Below, piece after piece: positions 16,896 to 25,985 of a DNA stretch of 64,000 bases. The stretch lies in assembly GCA_963665295.1 (NCBI GenBank), contig OY762209.1, forward strand, positions 2,272,001-2,336,000, read 5' to 3'. Below the pieces are notes generated by a model. It was not told the DNA's origin. It searched no databases and was given only the letters and a program-made list of their open reading frames with translations. The stretch is from Syntrophorhabdaceae bacterium (GTDB taxonomy: Bacteria > Desulfobacterota > Syntrophorhabdia > Syntrophorhabdales > Syntrophorhabdaceae). Numbering within the stretch: position 1 is the first letter of the stretch; each line of letters begins with the position of its first letter. Made by a program: the position numbers and the translations under genes.

Positions 16896-18899
16896 ATGAA
16901 GATCAAATCCATGAGAATCAGGAATTTTAAGACTTTTGATGAAGAAGGAATTTTGTTAAGTCTGAAGGATTTGACAGCCTTGGTCGGCGAAAACAGCACG
17001 GGAAAATCAAATGTTCTGGAAGCTCTAGATTTGTTTTTCAATTTTAGTACGTCAAAGATTTCAAGAGAGTCGTTTCATCATGATGATTCCACCAGAGAGA
17101 TTTCAACTGAAGTCAAGTTTGGAATGCTTACTGATATTGAGAAGGAAAAGTTCAAGATTCATCTTAACGAAAAAGAGGAGCTGGAAATAAAGCAGATAAT
17201 AAGATTGAGTTCTGTGGAGGAGGACGAAGAGGATCTGAAGCCAAAGTACCAAGAGAGTAAGCATGGGACCAGATGGGAAGCAGAATCAGAGTGGGCTCGG
17301 TTAGGCCCAAAGCCTCCCACCAAGAACAATATCAAGACTTGGTGGAAGCAGGATCTAAAAATAGGCAATTTTGATTTCAAGAGTCTCTTCGAAAAACAGG
17401 ATGGCGATATTGAACCGCTCGTTTATCAGGTTAAGCTGGAGCAGTTGTGGAATGAACACTTTGACGATATCCCGAAGGAAAAGAGAACCGGAGATGAAAA
17501 AGTTCTTGGGTGGAAAAACAAACTTAAGGGAAATCTACCAAAATATTTCTACATACCGGCAATAAAGGACGTGAACGACGACCTGAAAGTATTAAAGACT
17601 AATCCGTTTGGCGAAATAGTGAGCTGGCTTACTCAGAACATCACGGCAGATATAGAGAGGGATTTCAAAGAAAAGACCGAGCAAATCTTTATGGAGGTGA
17701 TGGGCGCTGTAGACAAAGACAATGAGGGCAAATCAAAGATCGCCTTCTTGAATGAGAAGTTGAATGCTAATCTTGGGGTGAACATTGACTGTAAACTCGA
17801 GTTGAAATTCGGGACTCCGCAGATATCCGATGTAATCTTCCCTTCTCCTCAGCTATATGCCGACGACGGGTATTATTCAATGATCGATCTAAAAGGGAAT
17901 GGCCTGCAAAGGTTATGCGTCATTTCACTACTTCGAACATATAATGACGTAAAGAAGCGGGTGGAGGATGTTGACAGAAACGTCGTAATAGCGATTGAGG
18001 AGCCGGAAATCTATCTGCACCCCCCAATCAAAAGAGCCACCTACAAGCTTTTACGTTCGTTGTCAGAGCAGAGTGATCAGATAATCTATTCGACTCACGA
18101 TAGCTATTTCGTTTCTGTTGAACATTTCGATGAAATCAGATTATTCAACAAAGTCAAAGAAGGAAAACCTGTAACAAAAATCTATGAATTCGGAATAGAG
18201 AAACTGACAAAGTATTATGCCGATCATTACGGGATTAATGTCGATGAAAAAAGTCTGAGGCATCGATTCGCTCATATCTGTGACGAAACGAAAAACGAGG
18301 GTTTTTTTGCAAACAAAGTGGTTTTAATAGAGGGTGAAACCGAAAAATACGCATTGCCTATCTATTTTGATCGTGTTGGATTTGATGTGGACAGCGAAAG
18401 GGTGGCGATAATATCCGCCGGGTCCGTGGACAACATCAGTTACCTCTATCTTATTTTTAATGAATTTCATATCCCTTGCTATGTAATTTTTGATGGCGAT
18501 AAACCCAGCATCGACTATGAGGAATTAAAGAAAAAGGAACGAGAGAAAGAACGACAGGCTATTTTGGGGAAAAGCCGAAGAAACAAGGAGTTGCTGGCAT
18601 TTGTCGGCGAGACCGTTGATAAGGAAGCGAAATTTCTTTTTCCTGTAACTGCCGTAAAAGATACGTACGCTGTTTGGGAGCAAGATTTTGAGCATACATT
18701 TCATAGGCCTGTCGACGTGTATGAGAAAATCAAGGGGGAAGCGACCAATCTCTATGGAACAAAAAGTAAACCCTTGGCGGGAAGACATTTCGCTTCAGAG
18801 CTAGTCGAGAAATATCCGGACAGAATTAGTCCTCATATAAATGAATTGGTCCAAATGATAAGGTCATGCAATTGGAAGAAGTCATGTCTTTTGGAATAG
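16896..18899 (+). CDS. OLD-family ATP-dependent nuclease (ABC ATPase + TOPRIM)
   Basis: MKIKSMRIRNFK start, Walker A GENSTGKS, GNGLQR signature, IAIEEPEIYLHP, STH; TOPRIM VLIEGETE and FDGD. Confidence 0.9.
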   Translation: MKIKSMRIRNFKTFDEEGILLSLKDLTALVGENSTGKSNVLEALDLFFNFSTSKISRESFHHDDSTREISTEVKFGMLTDIEKEKFKIHLNEKEELEIKQIIRLSSVEEDEEDLKPKYQESKHGTRWEAESEWARLGPKPPTKNNIKTWWKQDLKIGNFDFKSLFEKQDGDIEPLVYQVKLEQLWNEHFDDIPKEKRTGDEKVLGWKNKLKGNLPKYFYIPAIKDVNDDLKVLKTNPFGEIVSWLTQNITADIERDFKEKTEQIFMEVMGAVDKDNEGKSKIAFLNEKLNANLGVNIDCKLELKFGTPQISDVIFPSPQLYADDGYYSMIDLKGNGLQRLCVISLLRTYNDVKKRVEDVDRNVVIAIEEPEIYLHPPIKRATYKLLRSLSEQSDQIIYSTHDSYFVSVEHFDEIRLFNKVKEGKPVTKIYEFGIEKLTKYYADHYGINVDEKSLRHRFAHICDETKNEGFFANKVVLIEGETEKYALPIYFDRVGFDVDSERVAIISAGSVDNISYLYLIFNEFHIPCYVIFDGDKPSIDYEELKKKEREKERQAILGKSRRNKELLAFVGETVDKEAKFLFPVTAVKDTYAVWEQDFEHTFHRPVDVYEKIKGEATNLYGTKSKPLAGRHFASELVEKYPDRISPHINELVQMIRSCNWKKSCLLE

Positions 18900-19156
18900 C
18901 AATATTTCGGCCAATTGGAAGATGATCTGGCCCATACGGACGTAACTTTTGTCTGACAGAAACTGTGGCAAGAGCCGAGAACAATTTAGTAGATTATCGG
19001 CTTCGAGTCGAAAACACTGAGCCGAGGATTTTTGCTTGAGTTATCTCCTAAGTAGCGCGAAAATTAACTGTCAGAGGCACATGAGCATGAGCAGATTGGT
19101 TCGACGAAATGAAAAAGAACAAGGGCATCACGCCGCTTTAACGGCTATTTATTGCA

Positions 19157-21418
19157 ATGCCTGATTACGATTTTCATACCCTCTCACCTATCGATTTCGA
19201 AAATCTAGTGAGGGATTTGCTGCAGCATGAGTTGTCAATCCGTCTGGAAAGCTTTAAAACGGGAAAGGACAAGGGAATCGATTTTCGACACTCAAGAGAC
19301 AGCGGTTCCTCTCTTATCGTGCAGGCCAAACATTTTGCTGGGACGGGGTATAAAGGACTCTTATCTCAACTCAAGGTTGGCGAGAAACCAAAGATCGAAC
19401 AACTGAGGCCCGAGCGGTACCTGATTGCCACATCTACGCCACTATCCCCTCAAAATAAAGACGAAATAAAGAAGACTCTCTCCCCTTACATAAAGAAGAC
19501 AGAAGATATCTACGGCAGAGATGACCTGAACAATCTACTCGGACGTTTTCCAGAGGTCGAAAGGCAACATTTCAAGCTCTGGTTATCGAGCACAACCGTC
19601 CTCGAAGAGGTCCTGCACGGAAGGATACTCAATCAAACCAGGATTACCTTGGAGGACATAAGGGATAAGGCCCGTATCTACGTGAATAACCAGAGTTTTG
19701 ACAAAGCTCTCACAATGCTGAAGAACTATAATTATGTTGTAATTGCTGGCATCCCTGGGATAGGAAAAACTACTCTAGCGAAAATGCTTGTCCTTCACTA
19801 TCTACGTTCAGGCTACGATTTCATTGATATATCCTACGACATTAGTGAAGCTTACACAGTCCCTGAACATAACAGACCCAGAGTATATCTCTACGATGAT
19901 TTTCTAGGGCGGACTGCCCTGGCCGAAAAACTGAGAAAAAACGAAGATCATAGGCTAAACGATTTTATTTTATCTATAAGAAAGGCCAAGTCATCCAAGC
20001 TTATTCTGACTACCAGGGAGTATATACTTAGCCAAGCCAAAGAAACTTATGAGGTTCTAAACAGCCCACTTTTTGAAAAGCCACAATGCATAGTGGATCT
20101 ATCACAGTACACTCGTCCTATAAAGGCACAAATTCTCTATAATCACCTCTACTTCTCAGCGCTTCCGCCGGAGCACGTTGAGGCCATCGTTCAACAAGTA
20201 ACCTATCTGAATATTATAGATCATCCAAACTATAATCCACGAATAGTTGAGTACATGACTGACCCCATGTGGATTGGGAATTGTCACGCCGCGCAGTACC
20301 CTGCTCTTTTCTTGCAGAATTTGAAGGAGCCTTTTCTCATATGGGAACAAGCCTTTAATCGCCAGTTGACCGATATTGCCAGAGAAACCCTTCTTGTTCT
20401 CGGCACGTTTTACGACGAGATATTCATAGACGACCTCGAGCGTGCGACAAGAGCCTTTTGGTCCCGCCACAGGCCTGACCTTCCCGGGAAAGAATTTCAA
20501 AGAGCTTTGTCGGAATTACAGGGCAACTTTGTTTCTGTGAGACGAAATCACGGTAAAGATATCATTTCATTTCACAATCCCTCCATACAGGATTTTGTCG
20601 AGAAATATTTCGAGAAGAATCCCGATCTTACTATTTCAATTGGAGAAACTGCATGCTTCTTTGAACAATTACAGTGGATGTGCGGACGCTTATCAACCAA
20701 GGAAAACATATGTCAATTGATACCAACCCTACCAACCATGATCGAGACTTTGTTGTTTTCGGAACCATGTACACTTATAAACTATTCAAATGGTCCGCGT
20801 GGACCGATGCACAAGGGAAGAGAGTCGCTTAAGCGGGGACAGAGAATTGGGTTTTTGGTCACACTCTTATCGAAGGATGGATTCGGATTTATTGAGAATA
20901 TTCTAAAGGATACACTCAAACAGATGACGTCCCAGATGTCACAATTAAACCTTTCTACCGATGATCTTTTTGAATTGGTTAAGAGAATAGTGACATTGGA
21001 GTCCCTAGCGGACCTAAAATCGCATTTTTTGGAGGCCGCGAAGGAAAAGCTCTATCTGAGCGCATATTGGATATCGGACCTGACGTGCATCACTGATTTT
21101 TTTGAACTGCTCCCTGAAATGTTTCTTTCGAGTGACAGGGAACGCATTTCTGAAAAAATACGTGATATAGTGCGGGACAACCTCGATACCGATGATCCCC
21201 AATGGCTTTATGATGAGTTGTTCCAACTTGAGGCAATAGAAAAGAAGTTCAGACTTGGCCTCGAACAGCAAATTGCTTCAGTGCAGGATCTGATATCTGA
21301 AGCCGAGGAAAGGTTCCCCGATGAGGATGATGACGACGATCGCCATGGATGGTCGGGCGGATCCCAATCCATAGGCAATAACGAGTTAACAGAAATGTTC
21401 TCCACATTATTGCGATGA
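19157..21418 (+). CDS. Mrr-like restriction endonuclease fused to a STAND (nSTAND3-like) NTPase
   Basis: LSPIDFENLVRDLL...DKGIDFR...VQAKH nuclease motif; Walker A GIPGIGKTT; Walker B LYDDFLG; ILTTREYIL; HPNYNPRIVE. Confidence 0.85.
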   Translation: MPDYDFHTLSPIDFENLVRDLLQHELSIRLESFKTGKDKGIDFRHSRDSGSSLIVQAKHFAGTGYKGLLSQLKVGEKPKIEQLRPERYLIATSTPLSPQNKDEIKKTLSPYIKKTEDIYGRDDLNNLLGRFPEVERQHFKLWLSSTTVLEEVLHGRILNQTRITLEDIRDKARIYVNNQSFDKALTMLKNYNYVVIAGIPGIGKTTLAKMLVLHYLRSGYDFIDISYDISEAYTVPEHNRPRVYLYDDFLGRTALAEKLRKNEDHRLNDFILSIRKAKSSKLILTTREYILSQAKETYEVLNSPLFEKPQCIVDLSQYTRPIKAQILYNHLYFSALPPEHVEAIVQQVTYLNIIDHPNYNPRIVEYMTDPMWIGNCHAAQYPALFLQNLKEPFLIWEQAFNRQLTDIARETLLVLGTFYDEIFIDDLERATRAFWSRHRPDLPGKEFQRALSELQGNFVSVRRNHGKDIISFHNPSIQDFVEKYFEKNPDLTISIGETACFFEQLQWMCGRLSTKENICQLIPTLPTMIETLLFSEPCTLINYSNGPRGPMHKGRESLKRGQRIGFLVTLLSKDGFGFIENILKDTLKQMTSQMSQLNLSTDDLFELVKRIVTLESLADLKSHFLEAAKEKLYLSAYWISDLTCITDFFELLPEMFLSSDRERISEKIRDIVRDNLDTDDPQWLYDELFQLEAIEKKFRLGLEQQIASVQDLISEAEERFPDEDDDDDRHGWSGGSQSIGNNELTEMFSTLLR

Positions 21419-21576
21419 TTTTGCCAATGCTGCAAACGCAATATCTGGAAAGACAAAGTAGCCCCCCGTCACTGGGCAACACTCCCAAAACTATGAATAG
21501 GGTTGTAGCGAAATCTGTATGTTTGTGCCGACCGTAAAGGGCCTCATGAGGGACGACCGTAACAGTTTAGTCCCCC

Positions 21577-23097
21577 TCACGGAGCCCTCGCCCCATTGCG
21601 ATACAGTGCCGCCTGTGCCGTCATGGTATCCGACACCAGGAGCGTCTCCAGGAACTTCCGTGGATCGTTCCCTTGCCTCATGGAAGTAATGATGAGACTC
21701 GGCAGGATACTGTGGGTCTTCAGTCCCGTTGCCGACCGCGTACCGAACATGAGCTTCCTCATGATCACCAGGAAGCGGATCGACTGTTCTGCCTGGTTGT
21801 TGGTAGGTGGTACTCCCGGATAGCGAAGGAACGTGAAGAGAAACTTCCGGTCTTTGCCGGTAAGGAAGGTACGGAGCCCTTCCGCCGGCTTATACTTGAG
21901 GGGCTTTGCACATATCTTCCCGAGGGTTGCTCTCAATTGCTTCTCGATGCGGGGAGCATCTCCCCACTCTCTCTTTCCCTTAAGAAGATCCCCGCCCGCG
22001 GCGCAGGCATCCGAGAAGAGCCTCCCGACCGCATCACAGAACGCCTCCGCTTTTGTATCTCTTGTCTCCATGAGGACGAGCTCCCGGGTCAACTCCCTGG
22101 CCCTGGTGATAAGGTGGGCAAGGCATGTCTGCCTTTCTCTCGCATGAACTCCGTTATACGCGGCATAGCGGTCGGTGATGAGCACCCCGTCGAAGTTGTC
22201 CCCGAGAAGATGTTGAGCCACGTCTGTCGAGCGGTGCCGGTCGATATGGAAGAGGGCAAGATCGGCGTTTCCCGCATACCACGCGTAATGACCGGTCCCG
22301 TCGTTCCTCCATGATGTCTCATCGGCATGAACTATTTCCGAGGCGCGTATCTTCTCCCGGAGGTCTTCATAAAGAGGCGCCCCCCTTTTCGCCGCAGCCC
22401 TGTCAAACCCCACTGCCGAAGCAGGGACAAAGGCAAGGCCGAAGATCTCCCTCATAACTTCCTCTACCTTTCGATAGCTCATACCTATCCTGTACCGCAA
22501 GTATAAGGCAACGGATTTCGTAACCGGTCCGATAGGAGCATTCGGAAGTTCGTCGGGAGCCGCCTTCACCACAGAACGCCCGCAACGGCTACAGTATGCT
22601 TCCTTATGCACATACCGTCTCACCACCGTGCGGGGTCTTATGACAATGTCTTCCTGCACATGCTCACGGATCCCTTCCCCGGGGACAAGAGGGCCTGACC
22701 CGCAATGGGGGCATCGATCGGGAGCGGGCACGTGAACCGTCGCATCCACGCGGGCAGGCTCGGGCCTGAACCACCCGGGGTGTCCGACCGGAGCGCCGCG
22801 CTTCCTCCCTGCCAAAGAGACCGCATGCTCCGGTTTTTTGTTCGCCTTGAACTGTCTTCGATGCAATGCGGTATTCTTCGCCTTCAGTTCCTCGTTCTCC
22901 TTCTCTAAAAGACGGATACGCTTCATGGTGTCATCCAGCCTGTCCCGGAACACATCGATAATCCGAAGATGCTCTTCGTACACCTCATGGGCCCGCTCAT
23001 ATTCTCCAAAGACCCATAGGGTGGAGAGAAAGTTAAGATGGGGGCAATTGTCCTTATAAAGACAATCGTAGCCGTATGGAGGATAGACCCTCTTCAC
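21577..23097 (-). CDS. IS66-family transposase, copy 1
   Basis: KRGAPVGHPG, CPHCG...CSRCG Zn finger, HADETSW, LITDRYAAY, QTCLAHL, PTNNQAEQSIR. Confidence 0.93.
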   Translation of the reverse strand: MKRVYPPYGYDCLYKDNCPHLNFLSTLWVFGEYERAHEVYEEHLRIIDVFRDRLDDTMKRIRLLEKENEELKAKNTALHRRQFKANKKPEHAVSLAGRKRGAPVGHPGWFRPEPARVDATVHVPAPDRCPHCGSGPLVPGEGIREHVQEDIVIRPRTVVRRYVHKEAYCSRCGRSVVKAAPDELPNAPIGPVTKSVALYLRYRIGMSYRKVEEVMREIFGLAFVPASAVGFDRAAAKRGAPLYEDLREKIRASEIVHADETSWRNDGTGHYAWYAGNADLALFHIDRHRSTDVAQHLLGDNFDGVLITDRYAAYNGVHARERQTCLAHLITRARELTRELVLMETRDTKAEAFCDAVGRLFSDACAAGGDLLKGKREWGDAPRIEKQLRATLGKICAKPLKYKPAEGLRTFLTGKDRKFLFTFLRYPGVPPTNNQAEQSIRFLVIMRKLMFGTRSATGLKTHSILPSLIITSMRQGNDPRKFLETLLVSDTMTAQAALYRNGARAP

Positions 23098-23372
23098 TCG
23101 CTCTCCTGTTTCAGTATCTCCCAGTTGATCTTAGAAAGCTTCTGTATGAGAAGCCACATCATCTTGTACCGCTTCGTCATCTCCTTCGCCTTCTCGGCAA
23201 TCTGTTTTCTCACATACACGGTTACGGTCTTCCCCTTCACTTTTGTGGTAAGGGAGTGGCCCGTCATGGAAGGGGACTTGGCCACCGTCCCGATAAGGAA
23301 GAAATCCAGCTGTGCGACAATGTCCTCCTTAAGTCTCTCCCGCTGCCTTTTAAGAAGATCGATTTGTTCCAT
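23094..23372 (-). CDS. Small IS66-associated basic protein (DUF6788-like), copy 1
   Basis: 92-aa ORF inside the IS. Its stop overlaps the transposase GTG start. Conserved in both copies. Confidence 0.7.
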   Translation of the reverse strand: MEQIDLLKRQRERLKEDIVAQLDFFLIGTVAKSPSMTGHSLTTKVKGKTVTVYVRKQIAEKAKEMTKRYKMMWLLIQKLSKINWEILKQESE

Positions 23373-23523
23373 TGAACCCTCCACATGAGTAGTAGTACTT
23401 CTATTATAATACCATCATGGAACAAGGGAATCAAAGGTGTTGTGCAAATTAGACATAATATTTTGCTGGAAAAAGTTCCGAGAGGACTAAACTGTTACGG
23501 ACGACGTAACAGTTTAGTCCCCC

Positions 23524-25044
23524 TCACGGAGCCCTCGCCCCATTGCGATACAGTGCCGCCTGTGCCGTCATGGTATCCGACACCAGAAGCGTCTCCAGGA
23601 ACTTCCGTGGATCGTTCCCTTGCCTCATGGAAGTAATGATGAGACTCGGCAGGATACTGTGGGTCTTCAGTCCCGTTGCCGACCGCGTACCGAACATGAG
23701 CTTCCTCATGATCACCAGGAAGCGGATCGACTGTTCTGCCTGGTTGTTGGTAGGTGGTACTCCCGGATAGCGAAGGAACGTGAAGAGAAACTTCCGGTCT
23801 TTGCCGGTAAGGAAGGTACGGAGCCCTTCCGCCGGCTTATACTTGAGGGGCTTTGCACATATCTTCCCGAGGGTTGCTCTCAATTGCTTCTCGATGCGGG
23901 GAGCATCTCCCCACTCTCTCTTTCCCTTAAGAAGATCCCCGCCCGCGGCGCAGGCATCCGAGAAGAGCCTCCCGACCGCATCACAGAACGCCTCCGCTTT
24001 TGTATCTCTTGTCTCCATGAGGACGAGCTCCCGGGTCAACTCCCTGGCCCTGGTGATAAGGTGGGCAAGGCATGTCTGCCTTTCTCTCGCATGAACTCCG
24101 TTATACGCGGCATAGCGGTCGGTGATGAGCACCCCGTCGAAGTTGTCCCCGAGAAGATGTTGAGCCACGTCTGTCGAGCGGTGCCGGTCGATATGGAAGA
24201 GGGCAAGATCGGCGTTTCCCGCATACCACGCGTAATGACCGGTCCCGTCGTTCCTCCATGATGTCTCATCGGCATGAACTATTTCCGAGGCGCGTATCTT
24301 CTCCCGGAGGTCTTCATAAAGAGGTGTCCCCCTTTTCGCCGCAGCCCTGTCAAACCCCACTGCCGAAGCAGGGACAAAGGCAAGGCCGAAGATCTCCCTC
24401 ATAACTTCCTCTACCTTTCGATAGCTCATACCTATCCTGTACCGCAAGTATAAGGCAACGGATTTCGTAACCGGTCCGATAGGAGCATTCGGAAGTTCGT
24501 CGGGAGCCGCCTTCACCACAGAACGCCCGCAACGGCTACAGTATGCTTCCTTATGCACATACCGTCTCACCACCGTGCGGGGTCTTATGACAATGTCTTC
24601 CTGCACATGCTCACGGATCCCTTCCCCGGGGACAAGAGGGCCTGACCCGCAATGGGGGCATCGATCGGGAGCGGGCACGTGAACCGTCGCATCCACGCGG
24701 GCAGGCTCGGGCCTGAACCACCCGGGGTGTCCGACCGGAGCGCCGCGCTTCCTCCCTGCCAAAGAGACCGCATGCTCCGGTTTTTTGTTCGCCTTGAACT
24801 GTCTTCGATGCAATGCGGTATTCTTCGCCTTCAGTTCCTCGTTCTCCTTCTCTAAAAGACGGATACGCTTCATGGTGTCATCCAGCCTGTCCCGGAACAC
24901 ATCGATAATCCGAAGATGCTCTTCGTACACCTCATGGGCCCGCTCATATTCTCCAAAGACCCATAGGGTGGAGAGAAAGTTAAGATGGGGGCAATTGTCC
25001 TTATAAAGACAATCGTAGCCGTATGGAGGATAGACCCTCTTCAC
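23524..25044 (-). CDS. IS66-family transposase, copy 2
   Basis: Identical to copy 1 except KRGAPLY to KRGTPLY. Confidence 0.93.
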   Translation of the reverse strand: MKRVYPPYGYDCLYKDNCPHLNFLSTLWVFGEYERAHEVYEEHLRIIDVFRDRLDDTMKRIRLLEKENEELKAKNTALHRRQFKANKKPEHAVSLAGRKRGAPVGHPGWFRPEPARVDATVHVPAPDRCPHCGSGPLVPGEGIREHVQEDIVIRPRTVVRRYVHKEAYCSRCGRSVVKAAPDELPNAPIGPVTKSVALYLRYRIGMSYRKVEEVMREIFGLAFVPASAVGFDRAAAKRGTPLYEDLREKIRASEIVHADETSWRNDGTGHYAWYAGNADLALFHIDRHRSTDVAQHLLGDNFDGVLITDRYAAYNGVHARERQTCLAHLITRARELTRELVLMETRDTKAEAFCDAVGRLFSDACAAGGDLLKGKREWGDAPRIEKQLRATLGKICAKPLKYKPAEGLRTFLTGKDRKFLFTFLRYPGVPPTNNQAEQSIRFLVIMRKLMFGTRSATGLKTHSILPSLIITSMRQGNDPRKFLETLLVSDTMTAQAALYRNGARAP

Positions 25045-25319
25045 TCGCTCTCCTGTTTCAGTATCTCCCAGTTGATCTTAGAAAGCTTCTGTATGAGAAG
25101 CCACATCATCTTGTACCGCTTCGTCATCTCCTTCGCCTTCTCGGCAATCTGTTTTCTCACATACACGGTTACGGTCTTCCCCTTCACTTTTGTGGTAAGG
25201 GAGTGGCCCGTCATGGAAGGGGACTTGGCCACCGTCCCGATAAGGAAGAAATCCAGCTGTGCGACAATGTCCTCCTTAAGTCTCTCCCGCTGCCTTTTAA
25301 GAAGATCGATTTGTTCCAT
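25041..25319 (-). CDS. Small IS66-associated basic protein (DUF6788-like), copy 2
   Basis: Same 92-aa sequence as copy 1. Confidence 0.7.
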   Translation of the reverse strand: MEQIDLLKRQRERLKEDIVAQLDFFLIGTVAKSPSMTGHSLTTKVKGKTVTVYVRKQIAEKAKEMTKRYKMMWLLIQKLSKINWEILKQESE

Positions 25320-25608
25320 TGAACCCTCCGACTGAGTAGTAGTACTCCTATTATAATACCATCATGGAACAAGGAAATCAAAGGTTTTGTGGAAATTAGA
25401 CATAATATTTTGCTGGAAAAAGTTCCGGGGGGACTAAACTGTTACCGGACGACCGAGGGCCTCATGAGGGACGACCGTAAATAAGTAAATTACTCTTTTC
25501 GCAGAGAAAGGAACGGGGTCAGCCACAGACACGAGACAGACACCGGCCCGTCATTACTCGCTGAGTCAATTTTCCTTTCTGCTAGGGGCTACCGGAATTC
25601 GCCCTTCA

Positions 25609-25768
25609 ATAGGGGAGGCGATAGGGGCGTCCATTTAATTATCAAATTATCTGCGGTTTGCAGAAATCCAAAGGTTTAGGCGTCGAAGAAATCCCTAATG
25701 ATGCCGCCCTTTAACTGTTTCTTCCCGAAATCATTGCCGAGTCAAAGGAGTCCGTGCTCGACTTATAG
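25609..25768 (+). repeat. ~160 bp imperfect direct repeat, copy 2
   Basis: Matches 9965-10123 with scattered substitutions. Confidence 0.93.
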
Positions 25769-25985
25769 GTCAAGTTCACACCAAAGCCCTGTCTCAGCCC
25801 CACGACGATTTCTACGCGAAATGGTTAGTCGTGATACCGCAGCCTATTATTCTCTTCACCGTGAAACCGATCCGCACCGCATGTCAGTCACACAGTCAAC
25901 CTATAGGCTTAAGCAAACAAACGGTGCTTATGCGCGCATGTCGGTCCGGTCCAAAACTTTACTGAAGAGTCCAAAACTTTTTTAA

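Larger units (their letters stand above)
21559..23498 (-). mobile_element. IS66-family element, copy 1 (1940 bp)
   Basis: Terminal IRs GTAACAGTTTAGTCC / GGACTAAACTGTTAC. Flanked by GGACGAC(C). Confidence 0.92.
23506..25445 (-). mobile_element. IS66-family element, copy 2 (1940 bp), head-to-tail with copy 1
   Basis: Same IRs as copy 1, separated from it by the 7 bp GGACGAC. Several SNPs relative to copy 1. Confidence 0.92.

Noticed and set aside
25749..25776. dif/pdif-like site at the end of the 160-bp repeat
   Set aside because: Only a partial match to the XerC/XerD arms, with wrong spacing.
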